Shown here one piece after another: positions 14,230-26,455 of a stretch of DNA of 64,000 nucleotides; the stretch's first letter is position 1; each line of letters starts with the position of its first letter. A model generated the notes under the pieces. It was not told the DNA's origin, did no database searches, and worked only from the letters and a program-made list of their open reading frames with translations. This stretch comes from Pristiophorus japonicus (lineage: Eukaryota): NCBI RefSeq assembly GCF_044704955.1, contig NC_091992.1, positions 88,040,001 through 88,104,000 on the forward strand. Reading direction: 5' to 3'. Made by a program: the position numbers and the translations under genes.

Positions 14230-14405
14230 TAGGTCAGCATTTATTGCTGATCCATATATTCCAATGAGAAGGTGGTGGTGAGCCGTCTTCTTGAACTGCT
14301 GCAGTCTGTGTGGTGAAGGTACTTCCATAGTGCTGCTAGGGAAACCTGCTGTTTTTGTCCTTTTAGGTGTAGTAAGTGCTGTCAAAGAAGCTTTGGCGAG
14401 TACCG
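14230..14405 (-). mobile_element. 3' fragment of second CR1-like family
   Basis: Minus frame PSPHRLQQFKKTAHHHLL then gcaataaatgctg; resembles the element at 42990-44920. Confidence 0.5.
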
Positions 14406-14619
14406 GTAGTGGAGGGAGCGTATGTTTAACGGAGTGACTGCTGCCAATGACCAAATTTTAACGAGCTTGCTCCAGTGATGAACAGGAAACGCACATGCGC
14501 AGAATACTACCAGGTCGTTGGCAACACTCGTATCTGGCTTTTTCTCATGAGCCCACTTCTTTCCTGGCTATTGGAGAAAATTCTGGCTCATTCAGTAATG
14601 GGTATCAAACAAGCAAGCT

Positions 14620-14845
14620 GATTACACATAGGCAGTTGACGGGTTGAGAGAAATGGTGCAGAAGAAGATCTGAGTGTCATTAACATGTATGTAGAACCTG
14701 ATGCCATGCCTTTAGATGATGCTGCTGACGGAAGCATGTAGATGAGGAAGAGGAGGGGGCCATGGATAGATCCTTGAAGAACTGCAGAGGTAATGGTGCA
14801 GGAAGAACAGGCATTGTTGGGGATGCTCTGGCTATGATTTGATCG
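14620..14845 (-). mobile_element. L2-clade LINE RT fragment (target of Gypsy insertion)
   Basis: Minus strand: PLLFLIYMLP...HGIRFYIHVNDTQI, degenerate L2 RT around the (Y)ADD motif. Confidence 0.55.
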
Positions 14846-15048
14846 TGTTATGTATGCAATAAAGGTAAAAACTGAGTACTGTTTAACTGAACAAGGTACA
14901 ACCTTCTTCTTGCTTTATTACGGCCCAAAAGTCGCTGACTCACAAAATGGCTGGCCTTTTATACCAGAGCAGCACCATGTGCTGCTGCTCAGTGGCCTCC
15001 AACAATGACATCATCTGGTGGCTACAAACAACATGTACATACATGACA
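14846..15048 (-). repeat. 3' LTR of Gypsy element
   Basis: TG...CA ends; minus-strand TATAAAAG and AATAAA; degenerate PPT at ~15049-15065. Confidence 0.92.
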
Positions 15049-15076
15049 ATACCCTCAGAGATCTTAGCACAGTCTT

Positions 15077-18000
15077 TCACAGGTTGAGACGGTCCGGTGC
15101 TTTACGCTCCCTGGTTGACCGTCTCAGTTCGATTCCGGCCTTGGTTGAATGTGCGGAGTCTGTTGTGGCTGGTGGTTGGATGGCTGACTTGTTGGGGATG
15201 GCCATGGCCATGTCAGGAATTGCAATTCCATTTTTATTGAACAAGTCCGTGATGGAAATTCCGGGTTCACTGATGACCCTTGAGTCCACTGAAGGCTGCT
15301 GGTAGGTTGGTCGGTCGTCGATGGTTTCTTTGTCCAACAGCTCTGGCTCATCTGTGTGCCTCAGCTTTGTTTGATCCATGTGTTTCCTGCAAGTTTGCCC
15401 ATTCTTGAGCTTAATAATAAATACTCTGTTGCTCTCCTTGGCCATGACTGTGCCAGCGATCCACTTGGGATCCTGACCATAATTCAACACATATACAGGA
15501 TCATTAACAGAAATCTCGCATGACACAGTTGCATGATCGTGGTACCCTTGTTGACTCTGTCTTCTGTATTCAACATGATTACTTAAATCCAGGTGTACAA
15601 GAGATAACTTGGTTTTAAAATGTCTTTTCATCATGAGTTCAGCAGGCGAGATGCCTGTGAGTGTGCGGGGTCTTGTCCTGTAACTCAGCAGTATGCAAGA
15701 TAAGCGGGTCTGCAGTGACCCTTGGGTTACTCTCCTCATGCTTTGCTTGATAATTTGTACTGCATGTTCTGCTTGCCTGTTGGACGCAGGCTTGAACGGT
15801 GCTGACCTTACATGTTCTTACTCCTGACTGATGAAGCACGACCCATTGTAGCACACCACTATGTCAGGCAGACCATGTGTCGCGAACATGACATTGAGAT
15901 TCTCCATGGTTGCCGTGGACGTACTGGATAGCGAGGGGATTTGAGTATAGGAACAGGGAGGTCTTACTGCAGTTGTACAGGGCCTTGGTGAGAACACACC
16001 TTGAGTATTTTGTGCAGTTTTGGTCTCCTAATCTGAGGAAGGGCATGCTTGCTATTGAGGGAGTGCAGCAAAGGTTCACCAGACTGATTCACGGGATGGC
16101 AGGACTGACATATGAGGAAAGACTGGATCAACTAGGCTTATACTCACTGGAATTTAGAAGAATGAGAGGGGATCTCATAGAAACTTATAAAATTCTGATG
16201 GGACTGGACAGGTTAGATGCAGGTAGAATGTTCCCGATGTTGGGGAAGTTCAGAAGCAGGGGTCACTGTCTAAAGATAAGGGGTAAGCCATCTAGGACCG
16301 AGATGAGGAGAAACTTTTTCACCCAGAGAGTTGTGAACCTGTGGAATTCTCTACCACAGAAAGTTGTCAAGTCCTGTTCGTTGGACATATTCAAAAGGAA
16401 GTTAGATGTTTGAAGGAAGTTACGGCTAAAGGGATCAAGGGGTATGGGGAGAAGGCAGGTGGGGTACTGAGGTTGCATGATCAGCCATGATCATATTGAA
16501 TGGCGGTGCAGGCTCAAAGGGCCGAATGGCCTGCTCCTGCACCTATTTTCTATGTTTCTATGTTTCTATGACATGATTATGCATTCTATCCACTTCGAAT
16601 AAGCATCCACCACCACTAAAAACATCTTGCCCAGGAAGGGACCTGCAAAATCTACATAGATCCTGGACCAAGATTTGGATGGCCATGACCACAGACTCAT
16701 CAGTGATTCCGCTGGTGCTGTGCTGAGCTGCATGCAGATGTTGCATTGATGCACGCATGCTTCCAGCTCAGAATCAATTCCTGGCCACCATACATGGGAC
16801 CTGGCGATGGCCTTCATAATCACTATACCCGGATATGTGCTGTGTAACTTACGCACAAACTTCTCTCTCCCTTTCTTAGCCATTACAACTTGACTGCCCC
16901 ACAATATGCAATCTACTTGAATAGACAGTTCGTCCTTGCGACGAATGTTTTGTTTGGCCTCCTCGCATATTAGCTTAGGTATGGCTGACCAATCCCCTTT
17001 GAGGATGCAACCCTTTACCACCGATAATATCAGGTCCTGGCTGGTCCAGGTCTTAACTTGTTGAGCCGTGACAGGGTACATTCATTTTCAAAAGCATCCA
17101 TGATTAACATTAAATCTGCCGGTTGTGGCATTTCCACCTCCGGTGTGGGCAACGGCAACCGGCTCAAAGCATCGGCACAATTCTCTGTGCCAGGTCTGTG
17201 GCGAATGACATAATCATAGGCAGATAATGTCAGTGCCCACCTTTGGATGCGGGACGAAACGTTGGTATTGATACCTTTGCTCTAAGAAAACAACGAAATG
17301 AGCGGCTTGTGATCGGTTTCTAATTCAAACCTCAGACCAAACAGGTATTGATGCATCTTTTTAACACCGTACACACACGCTAAACCTTCTTTTTCTGCCA
17401 TACTGTAGGCTTTTACTGCTTTAGACAAACTTTTGGATGCATACGTGACAGGTTGAAGATTCCCCGACTCATTGGCTTGTTGTAACACGCAACCAATTCC
17501 ATATGACGATGCATCACAGGCCAAAACTAAAGGTTTACATGGGTCATAATGTACCAGCAGCTTGTTCGAGCAAAGCAGATTGGTGGCTTTCTTGAAAGCT
17601 CTGTCTTGCAACGCGCCCCACACCCAGTTGTTGCCTTTTCTCAATAGCACGTGCAGTGGTTCAAGTAAGGTGCTCAATTTAGGTAGCAAGTTACCAAAGT
17701 AGTTGAGTAGACCCAGGAACGAATGCAGCTCCATCACGTTCTGCGGCTTGGGTGCATTCTTGATGGCTTTGGTTTTCACGTCAGGAGGTCTCCCGAGGAA
17801 TTCGACCTCCGGTGCCATGAAAATGCACTTCGAGCATTTAAGTCTGAGCCCCACTCTATCCAGACACAGTAGAACCTCTTCCAGGTTGTTCAGATGTTCC
17901 TTGGAGTCACGACCGGTGATCAGGATGTCATCTTGGAACACGACGGTTCTGGGAACGGACTTCAGTAGACTTTCCATATTCCTCTGGAATATTGCTGCAG

Positions 18001-19712
18001 CTGAGGAAATTCCAAACGGGCACCTGTGGTAAATAAACAGTCCTTTGTGCGTGTTAATGCACATAAGTCTCTTTGACGCCTCGACCAACTCCTGTATCAT
18101 ATAGGCCGACGTCAAGTCCAGTTTTGTGAATGACTTCCCTCCGGCTAGCGTCGCAAACAAGTCATCAGCCTTCGGTAATGAGTACTTATCTTGTTTCAAA
18201 ACCCTGTTGATCGTAGCCTTGTAGTCTCCACAGATTCTGACTGTGCCATCAACTTTTCAGCACAGGAACAATGGGCCATTCATTAAATTTGACCGATGAT
18301 ATGATCCCTTCACGCAGGAGTCTGTCCAGTTCAATTTCAACCTTCTCCCTCATCATATATGGCACTGCCCGAGCTTTATGATGGATGGGTCTTGCATTTG
18401 AGTCCACGTGGATCTGCACCTTGGCTCCCGTGAAGTTACCGATACCCGGTTCGAACAGCGAGGGGAACTTGCTCAATAATTGGGCACATGTATCTTCCTC
18501 CGGTGACAACGTCTTTATGTCGTTCCAGTCACATCTGATTTTCTCCAATCAGATCCTGCCGAGCAGCGTTGGGCCATTGCCTGGAACAATCCACAATGGT
18601 AACTCGTGAACCGCACTGTTATACATTTGTGCATTGCCAATCACTATCAGTTCTTTGGTGTACATGCGCAGCTTGGCATTAACAGGGCTCAGCTTGGGCC
18701 TCACAGTCTTAGTATCCCACAGCTTATTAAATGCCCTCTCATTCATGATTGATTGACTCTCCCCTGTGTCCAGTTCCATCAATACCGGTATCCCGTTAAA
18801 CTTCACGTTAATCAAAATTGGTTAATTCTTGGTTATGAAAGAGTACAATCCATACACTTCCTCCTCTGGCATCTCGGATTGCGTATCCGGATCTGCGCTA
18901 GTCTGACTCTCATGCTCCATGTGATGTGTCGCAGCTCGCTTGCTTATCTGCGGACACTTGCGCTGGAGATGCCCCACTCTCAGACAGCCTTTGCAACTAT
19001 ATTACTTAAATCTGCACTGCTAGTGCCAATGATTTCCCCCACAACGCCAACATGGAGAAGTCGGATACATTCCCGCTGGCGGACTTTAGACAGCCACAGG
19101 TTTCGCGAACGCAGCCGGATGGGCCCTACCATGTGCCGCTGTGCCAAACGCCGAATCAATCGCATTTACAGTACTTGCCGAAGTTTGGTTCTTCACCGAT
19201 ATTTGCTTTAAACTCCTGTCCATCGTCATACATGATTGAGCGATCTGGGTGGCCCTTTTTAAATCCAACTCCTCCACCGTCAGAAGTTTGCACAGGATAC
19301 CGATAACAAAGAAATCCCGCAGCATGTCTGCCAACCCCGTCCCAAACTTGCACGGTCCCGATAGACGTCTCAGGTCGGCAATGAATTCCGTCATGCTCTG
19401 GCCCTCCGATTTAAAGTGTGTATTAAACCTGTATAGCGAGATGATGATGCCGTCGTCTGGCTTGAGATGCTCTCGTGCCAATGTACACAACTCCTCGTAC
19501 GTTTTCTCTGTTGGATCACTCGGCATCATCAGTAGATTGTTTATCAGACCGTAGATCTTTGTACCGCACACAGTGAGGAACATGGCCCGGCACCGATCTG
19601 CATCATCGACCCCCTTCATTTTGTTGGCCACGAAGTACTGGTTCAAACAGCTCACAAAATCTTCCCAATCTTCTCCCTCCATGAATCGCTTTAAAAATCC
19701 AATCATGCTCAT
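15077..19712 (-). pseudogene. Gypsy gag-pol, frameshifted and interrupted by a CR1 insertion
   Basis: ORF pieces 19086-19712 (gag), 18549-18815 (PR), 18249-18548, 17282-18199 (RT-RH), 16566-17081 (IN N-term, VDFAGP, VDAYSKW), 15077-15739 (IN C-term). Confidence 0.85.
15928..16570 (+). mobile_element. 5'-truncated CR1 inserted into Gypsy integrase
   Basis: IARGFEYRNREVLLQLY...WNSLP; (TTCTATGT)n tail; removing it restores integrase ...IIMS|STST... Confidence 0.9.
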
Positions 19713-19748
19713 TTTGCAAACAAAGGTTCATGTATTCTCGTCGCCAAA

Positions 19749-19952
19749 TTTTATGTATACAATAAAGGTGCAAACTGAGTACTGTTTAACTGAACAAGGT
19801 ACAATCTTCTTCCTGCTTTATTACGGCCCAAAAGTCGCTGACTCACAAAATGGCTGGCCTTTTATACCAGAGCAGCACCATGTGCGTGCCGGTCAGTGGC
19901 TTCCAACAATGACAACATCTGGTGGCTACAAACAGCATGTACATATATGACA
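19749..19952 (-). repeat. 5' LTR of Gypsy element
   Basis: Matches 14846-15048 (about 12 substitutions + 1 indel by eye); PBS adjacent at 19737-19746. Confidence 0.92.
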
Positions 19953-20057
19953 GATCGATATGCGTGGAACATAGGAACATAGAAACAAGAGCAGACCATT
20001 TAGCCCCTCGAGCCTGATCTGCCATTCAATCATGGCAGATCTGTGACCTCACTCCCT

Positions 20058-21644
20058 GGCCTCAAGTTTCCACATGATTTGCTCCTGATTTTTAGGAGCA
20101 ACTGGTGTAGAACGGAGTATCTTAGAAATCGGAATTCTCGTCATTTAGTTTGCTCCAGTTCTAGTCAGTTAGAACAGTTTCACTTTGGAACAGAATTTTT
20201 TTTCAAAAGGGGGCGTGTCCGGCCACTTATGCCTGATTTCAAAGTTTCGTGAGTGAAAACTTACTCCAAACTAACTTAGAATGGAGTAAGTGAAGATTTT
20301 TATACGCTCAAAAAAACCTTGTCTACACTTTAGAAAATCAGGTTACAAATCAGGCGTAGGGAATGGTGGAGGGGGGGGTGTTTAAAGGGAAGTTTACAAA
20401 CATTAAACACTTCAGTTTTACAAATAAAGAGCCATCATCAATAATAAATGATAAATACATCAATAAATCAACCAATAAATCAATCAAAAAAAATTAATAA
20501 GAAATAATTTTAAAAAATCAATAAATAAAACATTTTCTACTTACCGACTGCAGCACCGGGAGCCCTCCAACAGTGTGCTGGGATGCCCCCCTCAGTTTGT
20601 CTCTGTCAGTGTCTCTATCTCTCTGTCTGTCTGTGTGTCTCTCATTCTCTGTCTGTCAGTGTCTGTGTTTCTGACAGCGAGTGGAGGGGGTTAGAGGGAG
20701 AGAGGGGGGGAGCAGAGGGAGGGAAGGAGGAGGGGGGGAGAAGGGGGAGGGATGGGGGAGGGATGGGGGAGAAGGGGGTAGGGGGTAGAAGGGGATAAAG
20801 GGGAGAAGGGAGAGAAAGGAGATGGGGGAAAGGAGATGGGGGAGGGGAAAGGAGATGGGGGGGAAAGGAGATGGGGGGAGAAGGAGATTGCGGGGGGGAA
20901 GGAGATTGGGAGGGGGAGAAGGAGATTGGGGGGGGGAAGGAGATTGGGGGGGTGGGGGGGAAGGAGAAGGGGGACGGAGGCTGAACGGGCCGGGCCCGAG
21001 ACTTCGGGCAGGGCCCGTCCCCAGCACCAGATTTACAGGTAGGTGGCATTGGGTCGGGTTGGGGGGGTGGTGGGAGGGAGGTCAGTTCGGGTCGGGGGGA
21101 GGGAGGGAGAGAGAGGGAGGTCAGGTCGGGGGGAGGGAGGTCAGGTCGGGGGGAGGGAGGTCAGGTCGGATCCAGTCCGGGGGCGGGGGGTGGGGGAGCG
21201 GGTGTTGGGTCTGGTCCGGGGGCAGGGGGGGGGTGGGGGAGCGGGTGTCGGATCCGGTCCGTGGGGCAGGTGGGGGGGAGCGGGTGTCGGGTTCGGTCCG
21301 GAGGCGGGCGGGGGGAGGAGGGAGCGGGAGTCGAGTCGGGTCGGGAGGAAGTAGGAGCTGGCCGTAGGAGGAGCCTTATTCACGTAGCCCCAGTGAGGCC
21401 ATTCGGCCAGGGCTAGGGGCTGCATGCTTCGGGCCCCTCCCACTGTAGCGCGCATGTGCAGAGGTTCCGGCACTGCTTTCAGCGCAGGGACCTGGCTCTG
21501 CCCCCTACAGCTCTTGCTGCACTGCGCCGAGGGCCAGAGGACCTGCAGGGAGGTGGAGAATTTTTTAGGCGCACTTTGTGGCGCGAAAAACGGGCGTCCA
21601 TGTCGAGACTGCGCTGTTCTAGGCGCGGCTCGATACCTGGGCCC
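20058..21644. mobile_element. Harbinger-type MITE (GGGCCCAAGTTTCC family), copy A
   Basis: Degenerate TIRs GGCCTCAAGTTTCC / ..ACCTGGGCCC, 3-bp TSD CCT on both sides, interior homologous in inverted orientation to 39541-41501. Confidence 0.85.
20685..20975 (+). repeat. Polypurine G-rich tract with ggagat(t)ggggg..aa repeats
   Basis: Near-pure G/A with many G-runs of 4 or more. Confidence 0.85.
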
Positions 21645-21899
21645 CCTATAACTGCCTTTGCTCCATATCCCTTAAAATCTTTGGTTAACAAAAAGCTATC
21701 AATCTCAGATTTAAAATTAACAATTGACTTAGTTTGCGGACATGAGTTCAAAATTTCTACCACCCTATATATGTAGAAGTGTTTCCTACTTCACTCCTGA
21801 AAGGCCAGGCGCTAATTTTTAGGCTGTGTCCCCTAGTCCTAGAATTCCAAAAAGCAGAAATTGTATTTTCACGACCGTATCAGTTCCCCGTAGAACCAT

Positions 21900-22085
21900 G
21901 CAAAGGGACTCCACTCAGCTGGACAATGGATGAGAGTCGTTGGAGGGTGATGTTATGGTCAAATATTTAAAAGGCTGCAGAGAGGTCAAGAAGGACGAGG
22001 AGGGATAGTGCACAATGGTCACAGTCACAGGATGTCATTCATAACTATGATTAGAGCCATTTCAGTTCTGTGGCAGGGATGAAAA
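21900..22085 (-). mobile_element. L2-clade LINE RT fragment (upstream part of the 14620-14845 element)
   Basis: Minus strand: CHRTEMALIIVMNDIL...SLLVLLDLSAAF, diagnostic L2 RT motif. Confidence 0.7.
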
Positions 22086-22293
22086 TGTATTGATATTGGG
22101 CCAGAAATTGCTGGAATGGTGCATTTCACAGCAAGTAGCGTTAATTGGACTTTTTAACCTCATCCTTCAGATATTCGCACTGTAAATTTCTGGAATTGCG
22201 AATTGATAACGGTGCAGCAATGGGAAAGTCGCTTCTGGGACCACATGAACATTGTGCCCAATGGCTTCTCTCCTTAACCTTTAATCTCCTTTA

Positions 22294-22720
22294 GTGTCAG
22301 CTGTGACTCAGTAGGTACCACTCTCATCTCTGAGTCAGAAGGTTGTAGGTTCAAGTCGCACTCCAGGGACTTGAGCACAAAAAATTCTAGGCTGACACTG
22401 CAGTGCACTGAGCTGCACTGTCTGAGGTGCCGTCTTTCGGATGAGATGTTATACCGATGCCCCGTCTGCTCTCTCAAGTAGATGGAAAAGATCCCATGGT
22501 ACTATTTCGAAAAAGAGCAGGGGATTTATCTCCGTTGTTCTGGCAAATATTTATCCCTCAATCAACATAACACAAAAACAGATTATCTGGTCATTATCAC
22601 ATTGCTGTTTGTGGGAGCTTGCTCGTGTAATTGGATGCCGCATTTCCTAAATTACAACAGTGACTACACTCCAAAAGTACTTCATTTGCTGTAAAGCGCT
22701 TTGAGACATCCTGTGGTCTT
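22294..22720 (+). mobile_element. tRNA-derived Deu-domain SINE (SacSINE1-like)
   Basis: A-box-like tgactcagtagg, B-box-like ggttcaagtc, Deu-like core (aagatcccatgg..tttcgaa..gagcagg; gattatctggtcattatcacattgctgtttgtgggagcttg), tail gtaaagcgctttg. Confidence 0.8.
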
Positions 22721-23714
22721 TCTTTCATTCTAGTCAATTACAGAATAGGATAAACAAACAGAGCCAATGAAGGAGAAGGAAAAAGGATGAATTACAGTCA
22801 TCCAAGAGAGAGAAATAAAGAGAAGGAAAGCGAGTTAATTAAGAGAAAGAGATAAAAGAAACAGAAAGAGAAAATGAGAAAGAAATGAAAAAGAACAACC
22901 CAGTTGTGTTTGGAAATTGGTGTTTGAGAAGTTAATGAGTGAATAGCAGGGTAGGTGTGCAAACAAACACTTTTGACCCATGAAGTATAGATCCAGCAAG
23001 CCCGTCCATCAGGAACAGTGAAACTGCTTTCATAGGAACATAAAAATTGCTAGACGAAAGAAGGCCAAGGTCCCTCTAGTTCGCCTTCTACCATCCTTGT
23101 AGTCACATGATACAATGATAATGGAGTTGTTGACAAGTCATAGCAATCAATCTCTATCAATTAGACTACAGCAGACCCAGAAATGGCATGAGGAAAACCC
23201 CAGTGGTGGACAGCTTTGGGAACCATAGGTTCCAAGTCAACCCCTTTCCTCCAAAGGATGCTACACTTACCACGTCATGTCTCAAATTATTCATATAGCA
23301 AATCCCAAAATTATTTTCAGAACAAAATCTATCAAATTTGCATTTCTGAGTGTCCAAAAAGCTTGGCATCCTGAAAATTATTGCCTTCCAACAATAACAG
23401 GAGTGTGGATGATAAGACTGCAACAAAAATACAGCAAAGACAGATAAAAAGTTTTAAAAACCTATAGGTACAATTCAGCTGCAGTGAGAAACTACAGCTT
23501 CATTGTTTCCTGTCTGGGCCTCCAATGTTGAGTGTCATGTCAGGATTATAAATCACATCATTAACAGCATCTTTTCATGAATAACCAACCATTAATGGCT
23601 GTGGCGAGATTAATTTGCATTAATGGCATAAATCCAGCAATTTCATGATATGTAGTTATGCAGAATTACAAAGAAGTTACAGCACAGAAATAGACCGTTC
23701 AGCACATATAGTTT

Positions 23715-25200
23715 CTAAGAACATGAGAAATAGGAGCAGGAGTAGGCATACGATCTCTCGAGCCTACTCCGCCATTCAATGAGCTCATGGCTTAAGTTTT
23801 ACATCAACTTCACTCTTCTGCCCTGACCCATATCCCTTGATTCCCTTTGTGCCCAGAAATCTATCGATCTCAGTCTTGAATGTACTCAATGCCTGAGCAT
23901 CCACAGCCCTCTGGGGTAGAGCATTCCAAAGATTCACAAACCTGAGTGAAGAAATATTGCCTCATCTCAGTCCTTGACATGACATCGCCTCATCTCAAAT
24001 GTCCGACCCCTATCCTGAAACTATTGCCCCCTAGTTCTAGACTCTCCAGGGGAAACAGCCTCTCCACATATACCCTGTCAAGCCCTCCAAGAATTGTATA
24101 CATTTCAATGAAATGACTTTTCATTCTTCTAAACTCCAGGGAATATACTCAATTTCTCCTCGGAGGACAGTCCTCTCATCCCAGGAATCAATTCAGTCAA
24201 ACTTTGTTGCACTCCCTCTAAGGTTATAGTCTTTGTTCGGCAAGGAGACCAAAACCGTACACAGCACTCCAGGTGTGATCTCACCAAAGTCCTATATAAA
24301 TCTTCCTTACTCTTATACCCAAACCCCCTTGCAATTAAGGCTAACATGCCATTTGCTTTCCTAATTGCTTGCTGTAACTGTATGTTATCTTTCTGTGATT
24401 CATGTACAAGGACACCCAAATCACTCTGAATCCCAACATTTACTAGTCTCTTACCTTTTAAAAAATATTCTACCTTTCCATTTTTCCTACCAAAGTGGAT
24501 AATTTCACACTTCCCCACATTATACTCGATCTGCCACGTTCTTGCCCATTCATTAATTGAGCTATAATCCTTTGCTGTCTCTTTATGTCCTCCTCACAGC
24601 TTATTTTCCCACTTAGCTTTGTATTATCAGCAAACGTGGATATATTACACTTGGTTCCCTCATCGAAGTCATTGACAGAGATTGTAAATAGCACAGATCC
24701 TTGCGGCACTCCACTTGTTAAACTCTGCCATCCTGAAAATTACCCGTTTATTTCTATTCTCTGTTTTCTATCCATTAACCAATCCCCAATCTAGGTTAAT
24801 ATATTACTCCAATCCCATGAGCCCGAATCTTGTATAACAACCTATTGTGTGGCACCTTATCGAATGCCTTCTAAAAATCCAAAAATGCTACATCTGATGG
24901 ATCCTCCTTATCTACACTGCTAGCTACACCCTCAAAAATCTCTAATAGATTTGTCAATATTGATTTCCCTTTCTTAAAACTGTGTTGACTCTGCCTAATC
25001 ATATTATGATTATCCAAGTAGCCTGTTACCACATCCTTAATAATAGATTATAGCATTTTCCATATCACTGATGACAGGCTAACTATCCTATAGTTCCCTG
25101 TTTTTTCTCCCCCTCCTTTCTTGAACAGTGGGGATACATTTGCCATGTTCCAATCCACGGGTACCATTCTAGAATCTAGGGAATTCTGTAAGATCAAAAC
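23715..25200 (-). mobile_element. CR1 LINE, 5'-truncated, old
   Basis: PQGSVL, FADNTK, KCEIIHFG, VRSHLE on minus; 3' UTR at 23715. Confidence 0.85.
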
Positions 25201-25224
25201 CTATGCCGTTGTTTATGTTGCTCA

Positions 25225-25460
25225 CGAGCCATCTCCCAGTCTACTTCATCAAACCCTATCAGCAGAACCTTTTATTCCTTTCTTCCTGATGTACTGATCT
25301 AACATTTCCTTGAAGGCATTTATGCTAACAGTCTCAATCACTGCATGTGGTAACAAGTTCCACATTCTAATCATTCTTTGTGTAAAGGTGTTTCTCCATA
25401 ATTCTCTATTGGATTTATTAGAGACAATCATATATTTATGAGCTCTATTTGTGGACTCCC
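25225..25460 (-). mobile_element. CR1 3' fragment
   Basis: RNTFTQRMIRMWNLLP on minus. Confidence 0.6.
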
Positions 25461-26455
25461 CCGCAAGCAATTCATTTCAATGGGAGGCTTACGGCATGGT
25501 CACAAATTTTTACTTTTGTTGAGGCCAATGGTGGAGGCAAATCGTCCCGCAATTGGTGGAGAATTGGAACTCATGACGTATATTGGGGGAGGGTTTCAAT
25601 TAGCTCGGCAGGGGATAGGAACCAGAGCTGGAAATGGAAGATAGAAAATTAGTAACTGAGTTTGGAAGGTAGAGCAAAGGCAATAAAATAGATAAAAAAG
25701 GTAGTTAGGCCGTGATTAATGGTCAATATGTCAATGCAAGGATTCTAGTGAATAGGCCGGATGAGCTGAGGGCACAGGTAGAGACTACGGGCTAGAACTT
25801 CCACTTTTTTTTGCATGCTTAACACCCACTTAACACCCATTTTGCCATTGAAATGACGTATAATGCTCATATATCGCCCATTTTGGCACAAAATGGACAC
25901 TGATGGGCACTTTCAGGAAACTTATCGGCGAGCGTAACTTTCCCTATATGCTTAAAGCCGGGAAAAGATATTACCACCCGCCCAATTTTTTGGGGCGGAA
26001 TCATCAGAATGGGCGAAATCAACGCCCATATCAGCCAGCGTTACTTTCCACATGGGATTAACGCTGAGATTCAATAATACTGCCCGCCCACTTCTTTTTG
26101 TCGTAAAGAGCAGATTTGGCGAAACTAACGTCCAGGAGATCACCCACCGTCACTTTCACCACCTCGCACACATGTCGGCCAAAATATTGCTCGCCCAAAA
26201 AAACGGCCATAAAAAGTGGAATTGTTCTGAACTCACGCCAGCGGTGTGGCTGCCATTTTTTAAATCGCAGGTCGCTTCATTCAAAAGGCTGCTTCAACTT
26301 CGGGAGAGTTTGCATTGACTCTGGAGTGTTTCTCAGGTGAAGTGGCCATCTCAACGTATATATTTTCAGACTCTGGACTATTGGGCGTTTACTCTAGGTG
26401 TATTTTAGTGAAGAAATCATTGTTTCTGATCAATCGCTATTATACTTTCATAGCA

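Larger units (their letters stand above)
14846..19952 (-). mobile_element. Full-length Gypsy/Ty3 LTR retrotransposon (K02A2.6/Mag-like), degenerate
   Basis: Two ~203-bp LTRs, perfect 5-bp TSD GATCG (14841-14845, 19953-19957), PBS TGGCGACGAG, gag, CCHC knuckles, protease LDTG, RT (LDLTSAY, PFG, FQDD), RNase H (CDAS, TDHKPL), integrase after RNase H. Confidence 0.95.
19968..21880 (-). mobile_element. CR1 3' fragment split by MITE (19968-20057 and 21648-21880)
   Basis: gaacataggaacatag...ccattcaat tail continues after the MITE as ccatatcccttaaaatc...ccctagtcctaga. Confidence 0.7.

Noticed and set aside
20583-21473. Pro-rich and Gly-rich ORFs
   Set aside because: Low-complexity polypurine tract of MITE copy A.
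22294-22370. tRNA-like sequence
   Set aside because: Head of a SINE, degenerate and continuous with the Deu core; not a tRNA gene.
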